Assembly: GCA_965222605.1 (NCBI GenBank)
Contig: OZ244960.1
Coordinates: 5,888,001 to 5,952,000, forward strand
From: Candidatus Latescibacterota bacterium
GTDB lineage: Bacteria; Latescibacterota; UBA2968
Length of the DNA: 64,000 nt
Direction: 5' to 3'
The notes below the pieces were generated by a model. It had not been told where the DNA came from and searched no databases. It saw nothing but the letters and a program-made list of their open reading frames with translations. The translations under genes were made by a program, and so were the position numbers. Below are positions 38,138-47,631 of this stretch, one piece after another (position 1 is the first letter of the stretch; the number at the start of each line of letters is the position of its first letter).

Positions 38138-40894
38138 TTATGGAGTTTGGAATACGCCCTGTCCGTATGTTCCGGCATATACCGTTTCGGGATGCGAAGG
38201 GTGAATGGTCAGGGTGTAAACAAAGGTGTCTGCCAGCCCTGCGGGAATCCAGCTTCGACCCCCATTCGTCGTTTTGTAGATACCACCACCGGGGGTCGCG
38301 GCGTAAACTGTCCGGGGGGTCGCAGGGTGAATAATAAGGAAGAGGATGCGCTTATTGATCAATCCTGTGTTGACGGGCGTCCAGAACATTCCCCCATCCA
38401 CACTTTTGAATACACCGTCGTATGTCCCCGCGTAGAGGGTGTGGAGATGTGATGGGTGGATGGCGAGGGTTCGGACCTCTGTGTTTGTCAAGCCAGTGCT
38501 GGAGGGTGTCCAGGATGCGCCTGCGTCAGTGCTTTTGAAGACGCTGTTCAAGGTTCCTGCGTAGAGGGTGTGGGGATGTGATGGGTGGATAATAAGAGAG
38601 AGGATATTTGTATTTGTCATGCCTGCGCTGGTCGATGTCCATGATGCGCCCGCGTCGGTGGTTTTGAAGATGCCGGCGGCAGTTCCTGCATAGAGGGTGT
38701 GGGGATGTGATGGGTGGGTAGCAAGGGCCTGGATCTTTGTATTTGTCATACCTGTGCTGGTCGATGTCCAGGATGCGCCCGCGTCGGTGGTTTTGAAGAT
38801 GCCGTCCAGGGTTCCTGCGTAGAGGGTGTGGGAGTTGGCAGGGTGGACAGTTAGGGAGAGGACCTTTGTATTTGCAAGTCCTTCGTCGGCTTCCCCCCAG
38901 AACGCACCTCCGTCGGTTGTTTTGAATACGCCGCCCAGGGTTCCTGCGTAGAGGATCTGGGGATTTTCGAGATCGGGCACCAGGCAAAGTACCCTCGCAC
39001 CGGGTAGTCCTCTTTTCCTCCAGGCCGTCTCCTCAGTCCCGGTTTTGAATACGCCGCCCAGGGTTCCTGCGTAAACGGTCCGGGCATTCTGGGGATCTAC
39101 CGTCAGGGAGAGGGTGATCAGATGGGTCAGGCCCACGATGGTTCTCTTCCAGGTTGCCCCGCCATTCGTGGTTTTGAAGATGCCTCCCCCTGTTCCGGCA
39201 TAGACGGTTTGAGGGGTTTCGGGATCGATTGCCAGGGCAAAGATCCATTTCTGAGTTAGCCCGGTGCCGGCGGACGCCCAGGTTTTTCCCTCGTCGGTTG
39301 TTTTGAATAGCCCCCCGCCAGCTACTCCAGCATAGAGGGTCCGGGGATTTTTGGGATCGATCGCCAGTGCAAAGGTTTTCATATCCATCTGCTCTATATG
39401 GGTCCAGATGCTTCCCCCCTGGGAAGACCTGTAAATACCTTCTGCTGTTCCAGCATAGAGGGTCTGGGGACGGGCAGGGTGGACGGCCAGGGAGAGGACG
39501 CTGGTATGGCTGAGACCCAGAAGAGACCATACCATGTCCCCATTTTGGGTTTTGAAGATGCCGCCGGCTGTTCCCGCATAGACCGTGCGGGTATCTGCAG
39601 GGTCGATCATCAGAGAGAGAATTTCCCCGTGGGTCAGTCCGGTATTGACCGCTGCCCAGGAATGTCCTCCGCTGTCACTTTTGAAGATGCCTTTTCCGGC
39701 TGTTCCAGCATAGAGGGTCTGGGAATTAATGGGATTGACCGCCAGAGCATAGACCCGGGTGCCTGCCAGCACCGGTCGAGTCCAGGATGTGCCTCCGTCG
39801 ATGCTTTTGAACAGGCCTCCGGTTGCTCCGGCATAGACGATCCGGGGGTCTGAGGGGGCCAGTGCCAGTGCCTGGATATCCACATTTGTCAGCCCGGTGT
39901 TGAGCGCTGTCCAGGCAGACCCTCCGCTGGCGGTTTTGAAGATGCCGTTTGTGGTTCCTGCGTAGAGGGTGTGGAGATTTTGGGGATCAGTTGCCAGGAT
40001 ATAGACGTTCAGGTCGGTCAGTCCTTCAGAGTGCCAGGTCGTTCCCGCATTGGCGGTTTTGAAGATGCCGTTTGTGGTTCCTGCGTAGAGGGTGTGGGGA
40101 TTTTGGGGGTCAGTTGTCAGGGTATAGACATTCAGGTTGGTCAGGCCTGCACGGTGCCAGGTCGTTCCCGCATTGGTGGTTTTGAAGATGCCGTTTGTGG
40201 TTCCTGCGTAGAGGGTGTGGGGATTTTGGGGGTCAGTTGTCAGGGTATAGACATTCAGGTTGGTCAGGCCTGCACGGTGCCAGGTTGCACCTGCATCTGT
40301 GGTTTTGAAGATGCCGTTTGTGGTTCCTGCGTAGAGAGTGTGGAGATTTTGGGGGTCAGTTGTCAGGGTATAGACATTCAGGTCGGTCAGGCCTGCACGG
40401 TGCCAGGTTGCACCTGCATCTGTGGTTTTGAAGATGCCATTTGTGGTTCCGGCATAGAGAGTGTGGAGATTTTGGGGGTCAGTTGTCAGGGCATAGATGT
40501 TCAGGTTGACCAACCCTGTGTTGACGGTTGTCCAGGCAGATCCTCCACTGGTGGTTTTGAAGATGCCGCCACCTTTTGTTCCGGCATAGAGGATCTGGGG
40601 ATGCGAGGGGTCAAATACAAGAGAAGAGATATTGTTATTGGTTATTCCCGCATTGACGGGCAACCAGGTTGCCCCTCTATCGGTGGTTTTGAAGATGCCG
40701 CCACCTTCTGTTCCGGCATAGAGGATCTGGGGATGCGAGGGAGTGATGACAAGGGCCGAAACTATTCCGCCGTAAGGCCCCTTGTTCGCCCAGAGGACGC
40801 CTCCAGCGGCATTTCCGCACAGAATCAGACACAACAGGGCTATCCCCGCTGTGTACTGCGCGAGCCAGCAGGCCCGGTCAGTTATCATTGCCAT
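38138..40894 (-). CDS. Exported BNR/Asp-box beta-propeller repeat protein (21 blades)
   Basis: Signal peptide then 21 repeats of L..DP....LYAGT..GIFK(S/T).D.G.(T/S)W. Confidence 0.9.
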   Translation of the reverse strand: MAMITDRACWLAQYTAGIALLCLILCGNAAGGVLWANKGPYGGIVSALVITPSHPQILYAGTEGGGIFKTTDRGATWLPVNAGITNNNISSLVFDPSHPQILYAGTKGGGIFKTTSGGSAWTTVNTGLVNLNIYALTTDPQNLHTLYAGTTNGIFKTTDAGATWHRAGLTDLNVYTLTTDPQNLHTLYAGTTNGIFKTTDAGATWHRAGLTNLNVYTLTTDPQNPHTLYAGTTNGIFKTTNAGTTWHRAGLTNLNVYTLTTDPQNPHTLYAGTTNGIFKTANAGTTWHSEGLTDLNVYILATDPQNLHTLYAGTTNGIFKTASGGSAWTALNTGLTNVDIQALALAPSDPRIVYAGATGGLFKSIDGGTSWTRPVLAGTRVYALAVNPINSQTLYAGTAGKGIFKSDSGGHSWAAVNTGLTHGEILSLMIDPADTRTVYAGTAGGIFKTQNGDMVWSLLGLSHTSVLSLAVHPARPQTLYAGTAEGIYRSSQGGSIWTHIEQMDMKTFALAIDPKNPRTLYAGVAGGGLFKTTDEGKTWASAGTGLTQKWIFALAIDPETPQTVYAGTGGGIFKTTNGGATWKRTIVGLTHLITLSLTVDPQNARTVYAGTLGGVFKTGTEETAWRKRGLPGARVLCLVPDLENPQILYAGTLGGVFKTTDGGAFWGEADEGLANTKVLSLTVHPANSHTLYAGTLDGIFKTTDAGASWTSTSTGMTNTKIQALATHPSHPHTLYAGTAAGIFKTTDAGASWTSTSAGMTNTNILSLIIHPSHPHTLYAGTLNSVFKSTDAGASWTPSSTGLTNTEVRTLAIHPSHLHTLYAGTYDGVFKSVDGGMFWTPVNTGLINKRILFLIIHPATPRTVYAATPGGGIYKTTNGGRSWIPAGLADTFVYTLTIHPSHPETVYAGTYGQGVFQTP
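39900..40515 (-). repeat. Five near-identical 123-bp coding tandem repeats (approximate limits)
   Basis: GLT(D/N)LNVYTLTTDPQN(L/P)HTLYAGTTNGIFKT x5, near-identical at DNA level. Confidence 0.9.
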
Positions 40895-40991
40895 CCGTCC
40901 TTTCCAGGATGATGCTGAAGGAACGCTTTGTGGGCATGGACGGCAATATAATGTACAGCCGCCTGTAAAATCAAGCTCTGCACAACAAATT

Positions 40992-41078
40992 ATCCATTCC
41001 CTGATATCATTTCAGGTTTTTGGAACCGCACAATCAGGGTTTGTCCCAATTGTGCTTTTACTTTTCTGGTTATAAATT
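40992..41078 (+). promoter_or_regulatory. Conserved promoter element copy B (upstream of OMP-TBDR operon)
   Basis: See copy A; TTGTGC N17 TAAATT. Confidence 0.75.
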
Positions 41079-41232
41079 GTAATTATTCTGACCATAATTT
41101 GTGATTATCTATTTTACAGGCGTATCTGAGTACCCCGAAAGGAGGTATGAATGTAAAGAGATTTAACGAATACGTGGTTGTGTTGAGGGTTTTTATCATA
41201 TTTCAGCCCTGCATGCAGGAAGGAGGAGAGCC

Positions 41233-41952
41233 TTGAATAAGAAAATATGGGTTGCATTTTTAACCTGTGTGTTCCTTCTGACCGCCATCTCAATGGGGGA
41301 AGCGCAGGAAAGCGGTCGCAAATGGGGGGTGGGGACCTTTTTGTCGCTTAACGCCCCAATGGGCCGTCTGGGGGACCAGTTTTCTCCGTCGAGTAAGTTT
41401 GGCATGAGCTGGCAGTATATGCTCAACCAGAAACTTTATCTCGAGATGGAGTACCACCGGTCGGAGTTTAACCACGGGAAGCTGGAGGAACAGACGTTTA
41501 CTTGGTCGGTGGATGGGAAGGAATATTTGAGTCCGGAGGCATCTACGCAGATGAATTTCGACGGTGGGGCTGTAAACCTGCTGATTTTCCATCAGGGTGC
41601 GCCATCGCTAAAGGGAGGCGCTTTCGCGTATTATTTCCAGGTGGGAGGAGGGTATTATCACTATAAGGTGGAGCGCCGAAATTTCATCTTTCCGGGGCAG
41701 AGACAAGAGCCGCTGGACCCGACGCTGGTGCTACAGCCGCAGATCGACTCGAAGACTGCACTGACGTTAAATGCGGGGTTCGGCATTCAGGCGTTTCCGA
41801 TAGACAGAATCGCGCTGGATCTGCGGGCGCGTTACAACGTTTTGATGGGCGAAGTGCGGCCGATGTGGGATTGGGGCATCGAAAACAAGACCTTCCCGAT
41901 GATGCTACTGGACATCGGGGCGGGGGTGAAGTTCTACTTCTGGAAGGAATAG
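41233..41952 (+). CDS. Outer-membrane beta-barrel protein (OmpA-like 8-strand)
   Basis: Signal peptide, alternating strands YFQVGGGYY, LNAGFGI, LDLRARY, IGAGVKFYF; TTG start with AGGAGG. Confidence 0.78.
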   Translation: MNKKIWVAFLTCVFLLTAISMGEAQESGRKWGVGTFLSLNAPMGRLGDQFSPSSKFGMSWQYMLNQKLYLEMEYHRSEFNHGKLEEQTFTWSVDGKEYLSPEASTQMNFDGGAVNLLIFHQGAPSLKGGAFAYYFQVGGGYYHYKVERRNFIFPGQRQEPLDPTLVLQPQIDSKTALTLNAGFGIQAFPIDRIALDLRARYNVLMGEVRPMWDWGIENKTFPMMLLDIGAGVKFYFWKE

Positions 41953-41966
41953 GGGAGGACCAAACA

Positions 41967-44900
41967 ATGAGCAGGAGATTATATATTCTGGCAGGGATTC
42001 TAACTCTGGTCGCTGCTCTGGGCCTGACGGATGCTTTTGCAGGGTCAACGGGGAAGATCACAGGGCAGGTTGTCGATGAGAAAGGCGAACCACTGCCGGG
42101 GGCCAATGTCGTGATAAAAGGCAGCAGGCAGGGTGCCACCGCCGATGCGGAAGGCCATTACGTGATCCTCGCAGTAGATCCTGGTACCTACGAGTTGGTC
42201 GCGTCCTTGATTGGGTATAACACGGTGACGAATCAGGGCGTGCAGGTTTCGGTTGATGCTACAACGCCACTGGACTTCGATTTGCAAGAGCGGACGATTG
42301 AGGCTGAAGAGATAGTGGTCCAGGCGAAGGCCCCGCCGGTAGAGAGGGATAAGACTTCGACGAAATATACCGTGTCGGCTGATGAAATCCGGCAGGCGCC
42401 GATTATCAGGACGACCTCCGAGTTCATCTCTTTGTTGCCTGGCGTGGATATGGGGGGGACGTTTTCGGTGCGGGGATCGGATTACGCCCGGGCAGTACAG
42501 CCGGTTATCTGGGCGACTTCGGGCTATAATAGTGCCGATGTCTATGTGATCATAGATGGAGTGCGCGTTCCCCGGGGCGACGGCAATAGCGCCGGCCTGT
42601 TTACGGGGGTGAACAAGAGCGCGGTGCAGCAGATGTCGGTGGAAACGGGCGTGGCGCCGGCCGAGTACGGCGATGCGAAGGCGGGTTCGGTCAGCATTGT
42701 GACGCGGGATGGGGGGAAGGAGTATCACGGGTGGACGGAGATAACTTACGAACCTGCGGGGAAGAAGCACTGGGGGGCGAACATCTACGACGCCCCGGCA
42801 CACAAGGACAATATGAAGTGGGACGACCCGGAGTGGGTGCGGGAGATAGACCCGCAAACGGGCCGGGTTATCCACGCTCGAGAGAACTACACCGGTTACC
42901 ACGGGGCTGTGCTGGAGGGCAGTCTGATGGGGCCGATTGGGTCGAAGGCGTCATTTGTGGTCTCGCAGAAGCACGAGCGACGGGCGCCTGTTTATCCGGA
43001 TGCGGAAAACCACGGTTTCTATAGCGATTCCCAGCGCGGGCGCTTTATTAATGCTCCGGGCAATATCCAGGGGTCGGGCAATATCACCTTCAGGCCCAGC
43101 CAGAACACGAAGCTCAAAGTCGGATTGGTCCTGCAGCACTTTACGGCGTACAACGGCGAGGTGAACAACCGCAACTACGGTGCCCAGGGTTTCATCCGCA
43201 GCAACAGGTCGAGCAGGGCCGGGCTCCGCAATTTGTTCCTGCCGAAGCAGTGGTCGGCGGGGGGGCGGTACAAGTTCCAGGAAGATCTGGAATATCTGGC
43301 GTTCACGCACATCGTTTCGCCCAGGACCTTTTACGAAATACGGATTGCCCGCAGCCAGACGAGTCAGGATACAATTGATACACCCGCCTTTACAACACAG
43401 CCCCGACTGGACCAAGACAGGTGGTTCTACATCGACCGGGATGTAGCGATGTGGATCGATTCGCGGCGGACGCGGTGGAGCGTGAAGGGTGACTTGTCCA
43501 GCCAGATAACGAAGGGCAATATGATGAAGACCGGCTTCGAGGTGATCCGGTGGGACGCGCGTTTTGTCCAGTACGGGTCGCGGTCTGCGACAGATCACTG
43601 GGTCTCATTTTATTCGGGCGGGGATGAACCCTGGCGGAACGGCAGCCCGGCCAGTCCGATTCGGGGCGCGGTCTATGTGCAGGATAAGATGGAGTTTGAG
43701 GGGATCGTCGTAAATGCGGGATTGCGCCTGGACTTTGAGAAGACGACGCACGAGGAACTGATCAGCGCGCCGTGGCTGGGAATGCCGATGTGGTATTGGT
43801 ACACCACCCGTGGCCTCGCCTATGGCGAGGGAAGTGTGCCGACGGGCTTCGAAGCGTCGGGTAAGTTTGCGCAGACACCGCCGTGGCGGTTCCACCTGAG
43901 CCCCCGCCTGGGGATTTCGCATCCGATCACAGACCGGATGGCGATGCATTACTCGATAGGGCAGTTCGTGCAGTGGATTGACCTCTTCCAAATGTATGCG
44001 AAGGCGTATCGCAACTACGGCCTGCTGGGGACAGATGGGGATCCCAACTGGCAGGATCTGAACAAAAACGGGGTGAGAGATCCTGCTGAAGAGTGGACGA
44101 ACATGAGGCCCAATGCAAGTGGGATAGCCGGCGATCCTCACGAGGCTCGCGCGGAGAAGTCCCTGACGTTTGAAGTGGGTGTGGACTGGAATTTTGTGTC
44201 TGATTACGCGGCTTCGATGACGGTTTTCTACCGCTCCGACATAAACCAGTATTCGTCCGACGGGTCGTCGATGATCATCGCTGGGGGACGTGGCGGGTCA
44301 ATCCGAGGGGCTGCCAACAGCTATTTGCAGTGGAACAAGGGCCTCGAGATGGCGCTGGGGAAGCGGATGAGCAACTACTTCTCTTTCCGCCTCGCCTGGT
44401 ATATGCAGTGGGGAACAAGGGGCTGGGCGGGACGGCAGAACTCGAGCCGCTGGGAGTATCCTGACTCGAACTTTGTGGCCAGCGCGGAGTACTGGCGGTT
44501 TACCGACGTGACGTCTGATGGATCGCGGGTACCCGTTGTTATGACGCAGTCAGATATCGAAAAATTTGGGCGCAGCCAGGAGAATGTCGCACGCAGCTTC
44601 GGACGGCGGTATGCGAACGACGACCTGTGGTTCTTCGGACAGATGCCCGAAGTGCAGGATCTGGATGTGACTGCGTACCGACGCATGAACTCGCGGGGCG
44701 GTGTGCGCTACGGCCCAATGAGGAACTACGGGGCGGTTGGTGCCAGCCGCACATCGCAGGCGAACCTGCAATTTGTGGTGAATACGCCTCCAGATGTGAA
44801 ATTTGGCCCCTCTTTCCTGAGTTGGCTGGTGAGCGACCTGAACGCGAATCTGCTCTGGAGGTTGCGTTCGGGCAGCCGGGTCAACTGGACACCGCCTGGC

Positions 44901-45185
44901 TCGCCGAATCGGCGGACGGACCGGGGGCCGGTGGATGCGTCAACGGACTTTTCTATGGAAAAGACCTTTAATTCCGGTGGCCGGGTGCGGCCGTCGTTCT
45001 TTATCGAAATCCGCAACGTGTTCAATGACAAGTCCGATACGGGCGGCGGACAGAACTACATGCGGTGGGGTCTGCAAATGGCGTCGCCCGATAACAGCGA
45101 CTTCCTCAATTACGGCGATTTTGGTGACCGGAGCTACTTCCGTGCGCCGAGGCGGACGAATCTGGGTTTCCGGGTGGTCTTTTAA
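41967..45185 (+). CDS. TonB-dependent receptor with N-terminal carboxypeptidase-regulatory-like domain
   Basis: GKITGQVVD..GEPLPGANV, LPGV, SVRG, IIDGV, AEYG, NAGLRLD, SPRLGISHP, C-terminal PRR..LGFRVVF. Confidence 0.9.
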   Translation: MSRRLYILAGILTLVAALGLTDAFAGSTGKITGQVVDEKGEPLPGANVVIKGSRQGATADAEGHYVILAVDPGTYELVASLIGYNTVTNQGVQVSVDATTPLDFDLQERTIEAEEIVVQAKAPPVERDKTSTKYTVSADEIRQAPIIRTTSEFISLLPGVDMGGTFSVRGSDYARAVQPVIWATSGYNSADVYVIIDGVRVPRGDGNSAGLFTGVNKSAVQQMSVETGVAPAEYGDAKAGSVSIVTRDGGKEYHGWTEITYEPAGKKHWGANIYDAPAHKDNMKWDDPEWVREIDPQTGRVIHARENYTGYHGAVLEGSLMGPIGSKASFVVSQKHERRAPVYPDAENHGFYSDSQRGRFINAPGNIQGSGNITFRPSQNTKLKVGLVLQHFTAYNGEVNNRNYGAQGFIRSNRSSRAGLRNLFLPKQWSAGGRYKFQEDLEYLAFTHIVSPRTFYEIRIARSQTSQDTIDTPAFTTQPRLDQDRWFYIDRDVAMWIDSRRTRWSVKGDLSSQITKGNMMKTGFEVIRWDARFVQYGSRSATDHWVSFYSGGDEPWRNGSPASPIRGAVYVQDKMEFEGIVVNAGLRLDFEKTTHEELISAPWLGMPMWYWYTTRGLAYGEGSVPTGFEASGKFAQTPPWRFHLSPRLGISHPITDRMAMHYSIGQFVQWIDLFQMYAKAYRNYGLLGTDGDPNWQDLNKNGVRDPAEEWTNMRPNASGIAGDPHEARAEKSLTFEVGVDWNFVSDYAASMTVFYRSDINQYSSDGSSMIIAGGRGGSIRGAANSYLQWNKGLEMALGKRMSNYFSFRLAWYMQWGTRGWAGRQNSSRWEYPDSNFVASAEYWRFTDVTSDGSRVPVVMTQSDIEKFGRSQENVARSFGRRYANDDLWFFGQMPEVQDLDVTAYRRMNSRGGVRYGPMRNYGAVGASRTSQANLQFVVNTPPDVKFGPSFLSWLVSDLNANLLWRLRSGSRVNWTPPGSPNRRTDRGPVDASTDFSMEKTFNSGGRVRPSFFIEIRNVFNDKSDTGGGQNYMRWGLQMASPDNSDFLNYGDFGDRSYFRAPRRTNLGFRVVF

Positions 45186-45202
45186 CCTGTGAATAAGGAG
45201 GG

Positions 45203-45226
45203 GGGAGCGGCTTCCGGGCCGCTCCC
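45203..45226 (+). other. GC-rich intergenic hairpin without U-tract (possible mRNA stabiliser)
   Basis: GGGAGCGGC-TTCCGG-GCCGCTCCC. Confidence 0.55.
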
Positions 45227-45264
45227 TGCATGCGATGAACCGGAGATGGAAGGAGGAACAGACG

Positions 45265-47613
45265 ATGAGCGTACCACGATGGATAATGGCTGTTGCGATC
45301 GGTGCGGCGTTGTTCCTGTGTGCGGTGCCTCAGATCCGGGCCGAAAAGCTGCAACGGCCTATGATCCAGGTCGGGGTGACGACCATGGGCTACCACGGCG
45401 GGTACCTGCGCACTGGGGACGAAAACTTTTTGCTATATCCCAGCAACCTCCGGCGACCCGGAGGATATGGAGACAACAAGCTCAAGGGCACGGCCGAGCA
45501 CCTCGCCTATTACATGCGCCAGCGCGCAGGGCACGGGGTGTGGTCGTTTACATCGGACCAGGTCGTGATTTATACAGGTCCCCGCAGGGACAAGGACGAT
45601 TTGCTGGTGCCGATGCAGTACGATGTGAGTGCCCACCCGGAACTGTCGAAACTGGGCCGAGGGGGTGTGAATAGACCGTATATTCTCTTCCGCCCCAGGG
45701 TGCAGATGGGGAATGGGGAGCCGTTTCCCGCCGGGCTTGATGAGACGAGCCTGGGCGGGAACTGGTGGCCGGGATCGGAGCTGATTGAGGAATGGAAGCG
45801 CACCGGCGATATACGGGCTGTCCACATCAACAATTTCAATCTCTCTGAGTATCCCAGCGTTGACGAGTGGCCCGAAGAGATGATTGCGGTGAAGTGGACG
45901 AACGCGCAGGGGCTGACGTTCACAGAGCGCGTGTCCGGCTGGAGCCATCCCGATTTCGACGATTTTTTTCTTGATGAGTATATAATTGAAAATACAGGAG
46001 ACAAGAACGGAGACGGCGAGCCGGACGGGCTGGTGCTCGACCAGAGAGATGTCTATATCGGGTTTATGGACCGATTCGCTCTCTCTGCAGCCGGGGCGCA
46101 CTCGCAGTGGGGTGCCTACTGGAGGGAGGAACGGACTTTCATCATGGATGACTGGTACACCTACGATGCGACTCTCAAGCTCCTCTTCTCATGGGATGGA
46201 GACCACCCGCTGTACGGAGACTGGGATGACACGGGCGATCCGTATAAGGATGCGTTTGCATTCAAGCGCCTCGGTCAGCCGGAGAATACGCTGATGAGTC
46301 CCATGCACCTGGGTGTGGGCGTAATTGCTTACACGGACGATCCCACAAGTCCTTACGGATTCAATGCGCGGGATAGGAATCAGAGCTATATCGTCCCCCG
46401 GGGGGACCAGCCCTTTGCCGTGCGTTACTGGGAGTCGTTTTCCAACTCTGTTCAGGATGATCCCCGTGGAGAGACCACGTCGGACCCGGAGATGTACAGC
46501 TCGATTGTAGGCTCCGGCCCTCAGATCACGGAGGGGAAACCCTCAAATGTTCCAAGCGGACAGTTCTCCATGCTGGTCTTCGGACCGTACGACCTGCCCC
46601 CCGGCGGAAAGGCCAAGATCGTGCTGGCCTATGCAGGCGGGCATCCCGGTCAGATGCTCGGGAATACGGATATGTGGACCTGGGCGTTCAAGGGGAACCA
46701 GGCCGAGTTGCCCAAGGGGCTGGACGCACTCAAGCAGAATATTGAGGCTGCACAATTTGCCTACGACAATGCCTTCGATATTCCGGACGCGCCTCCGGAT
46801 GTGAATTTCCGGAGCGGCAGTAGCCCGGACGCGCAGATGCAACTGGAATGGTCGGCTGATATTGAAAACGCGGTGCATCCGGACTACGGTACAAACGACA
46901 TCGCCGGATACCGGGTCTATCGTTCCACCTGGTTCGATATAGGCCCCTGGGAGTTGATCGCCGATTTCAAGGTGGGCGAGACTCCGGATGAAACCGGCTA
47001 TAAGGTAGAGCGCAACGGCGCCGGTTACGTGTTCACCGATAAGAATTCTGTAGCCGGGTTCTTTTACCACTACAGCGTGCGCGCCTACCAGATGCCTCAC
47101 ACGGGCTGGACATCGGGGGCCAGCGATCCGACGGTTCACCCGCTTTCTACGGCGGATCTGCCGTCGCATATCGCCTCGCGCCTGCAGGTGGGGCAAGAGG
47201 GAGGCTGGTCTGCACAGACACAGCGGATCTACGCATCCGAATCGCCCTTTGCGGTTCCTTCCGGGGAGTCGGATGCGTCCGAGGCCCGGGTGCGGGTGGT
47301 GCCCAACCCCTATATCGGATCCGGGTTTGCCAGCGTGGTGGGCGAGGAGTCGCATTCCTATGGTGGTGCTCCCAAGATCCGATTCGTAGGTATTCCATCG
47401 CACTGCCGGATCCGGATCTTCTCAGTATCCGGAGAACTGGTGGGCGATATTACGCATACCGATCGGGACAAAGGAGAGACCGACTACGATCAGCTTTCGT
47501 GGAACAACCTGACGGAGATCGCCACAGGGGTCTATTTCTACGTGGTGGAGAATCTGATCGAGGGGGCCGACAAGGGGAAGATACAGAGGGGCACTTTCAT
47601 GATCATCCGATAG
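45265..47613 (+). CDS. Exported protein with FN3-like domain and T9SS type-A-like C-terminal domain
   Basis: Signal peptide; LEWS..GYRVYRS..YHYSVRAY; VRVVPNPY...IRIFSVSGELV...ATGVYFYVV...GTFMIIR. Confidence 0.78.
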   Translation: MSVPRWIMAVAIGAALFLCAVPQIRAEKLQRPMIQVGVTTMGYHGGYLRTGDENFLLYPSNLRRPGGYGDNKLKGTAEHLAYYMRQRAGHGVWSFTSDQVVIYTGPRRDKDDLLVPMQYDVSAHPELSKLGRGGVNRPYILFRPRVQMGNGEPFPAGLDETSLGGNWWPGSELIEEWKRTGDIRAVHINNFNLSEYPSVDEWPEEMIAVKWTNAQGLTFTERVSGWSHPDFDDFFLDEYIIENTGDKNGDGEPDGLVLDQRDVYIGFMDRFALSAAGAHSQWGAYWREERTFIMDDWYTYDATLKLLFSWDGDHPLYGDWDDTGDPYKDAFAFKRLGQPENTLMSPMHLGVGVIAYTDDPTSPYGFNARDRNQSYIVPRGDQPFAVRYWESFSNSVQDDPRGETTSDPEMYSSIVGSGPQITEGKPSNVPSGQFSMLVFGPYDLPPGGKAKIVLAYAGGHPGQMLGNTDMWTWAFKGNQAELPKGLDALKQNIEAAQFAYDNAFDIPDAPPDVNFRSGSSPDAQMQLEWSADIENAVHPDYGTNDIAGYRVYRSTWFDIGPWELIADFKVGETPDETGYKVERNGAGYVFTDKNSVAGFFYHYSVRAYQMPHTGWTSGASDPTVHPLSTADLPSHIASRLQVGQEGGWSAQTQRIYASESPFAVPSGESDASEARVRVVPNPYIGSGFASVVGEESHSYGGAPKIRFVGIPSHCRIRIFSVSGELVGDITHTDRDKGETDYDQLSWNNLTEIATGVYFYVVENLIEGADKGKIQRGTFMIIR

Positions 47614-47631
47614 ATAAAAGGGGGTAGAACC

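Noticed and set aside
39900-40515. Diversity-generating retroelement template/variable repeats
   Set aside because: No reverse transcriptase in the window; these are in-frame tandem propeller blades
39971-40912. 313-aa Cys-rich repeat protein on plus strand
   Set aside because: Antisense shadow of the propeller repeats
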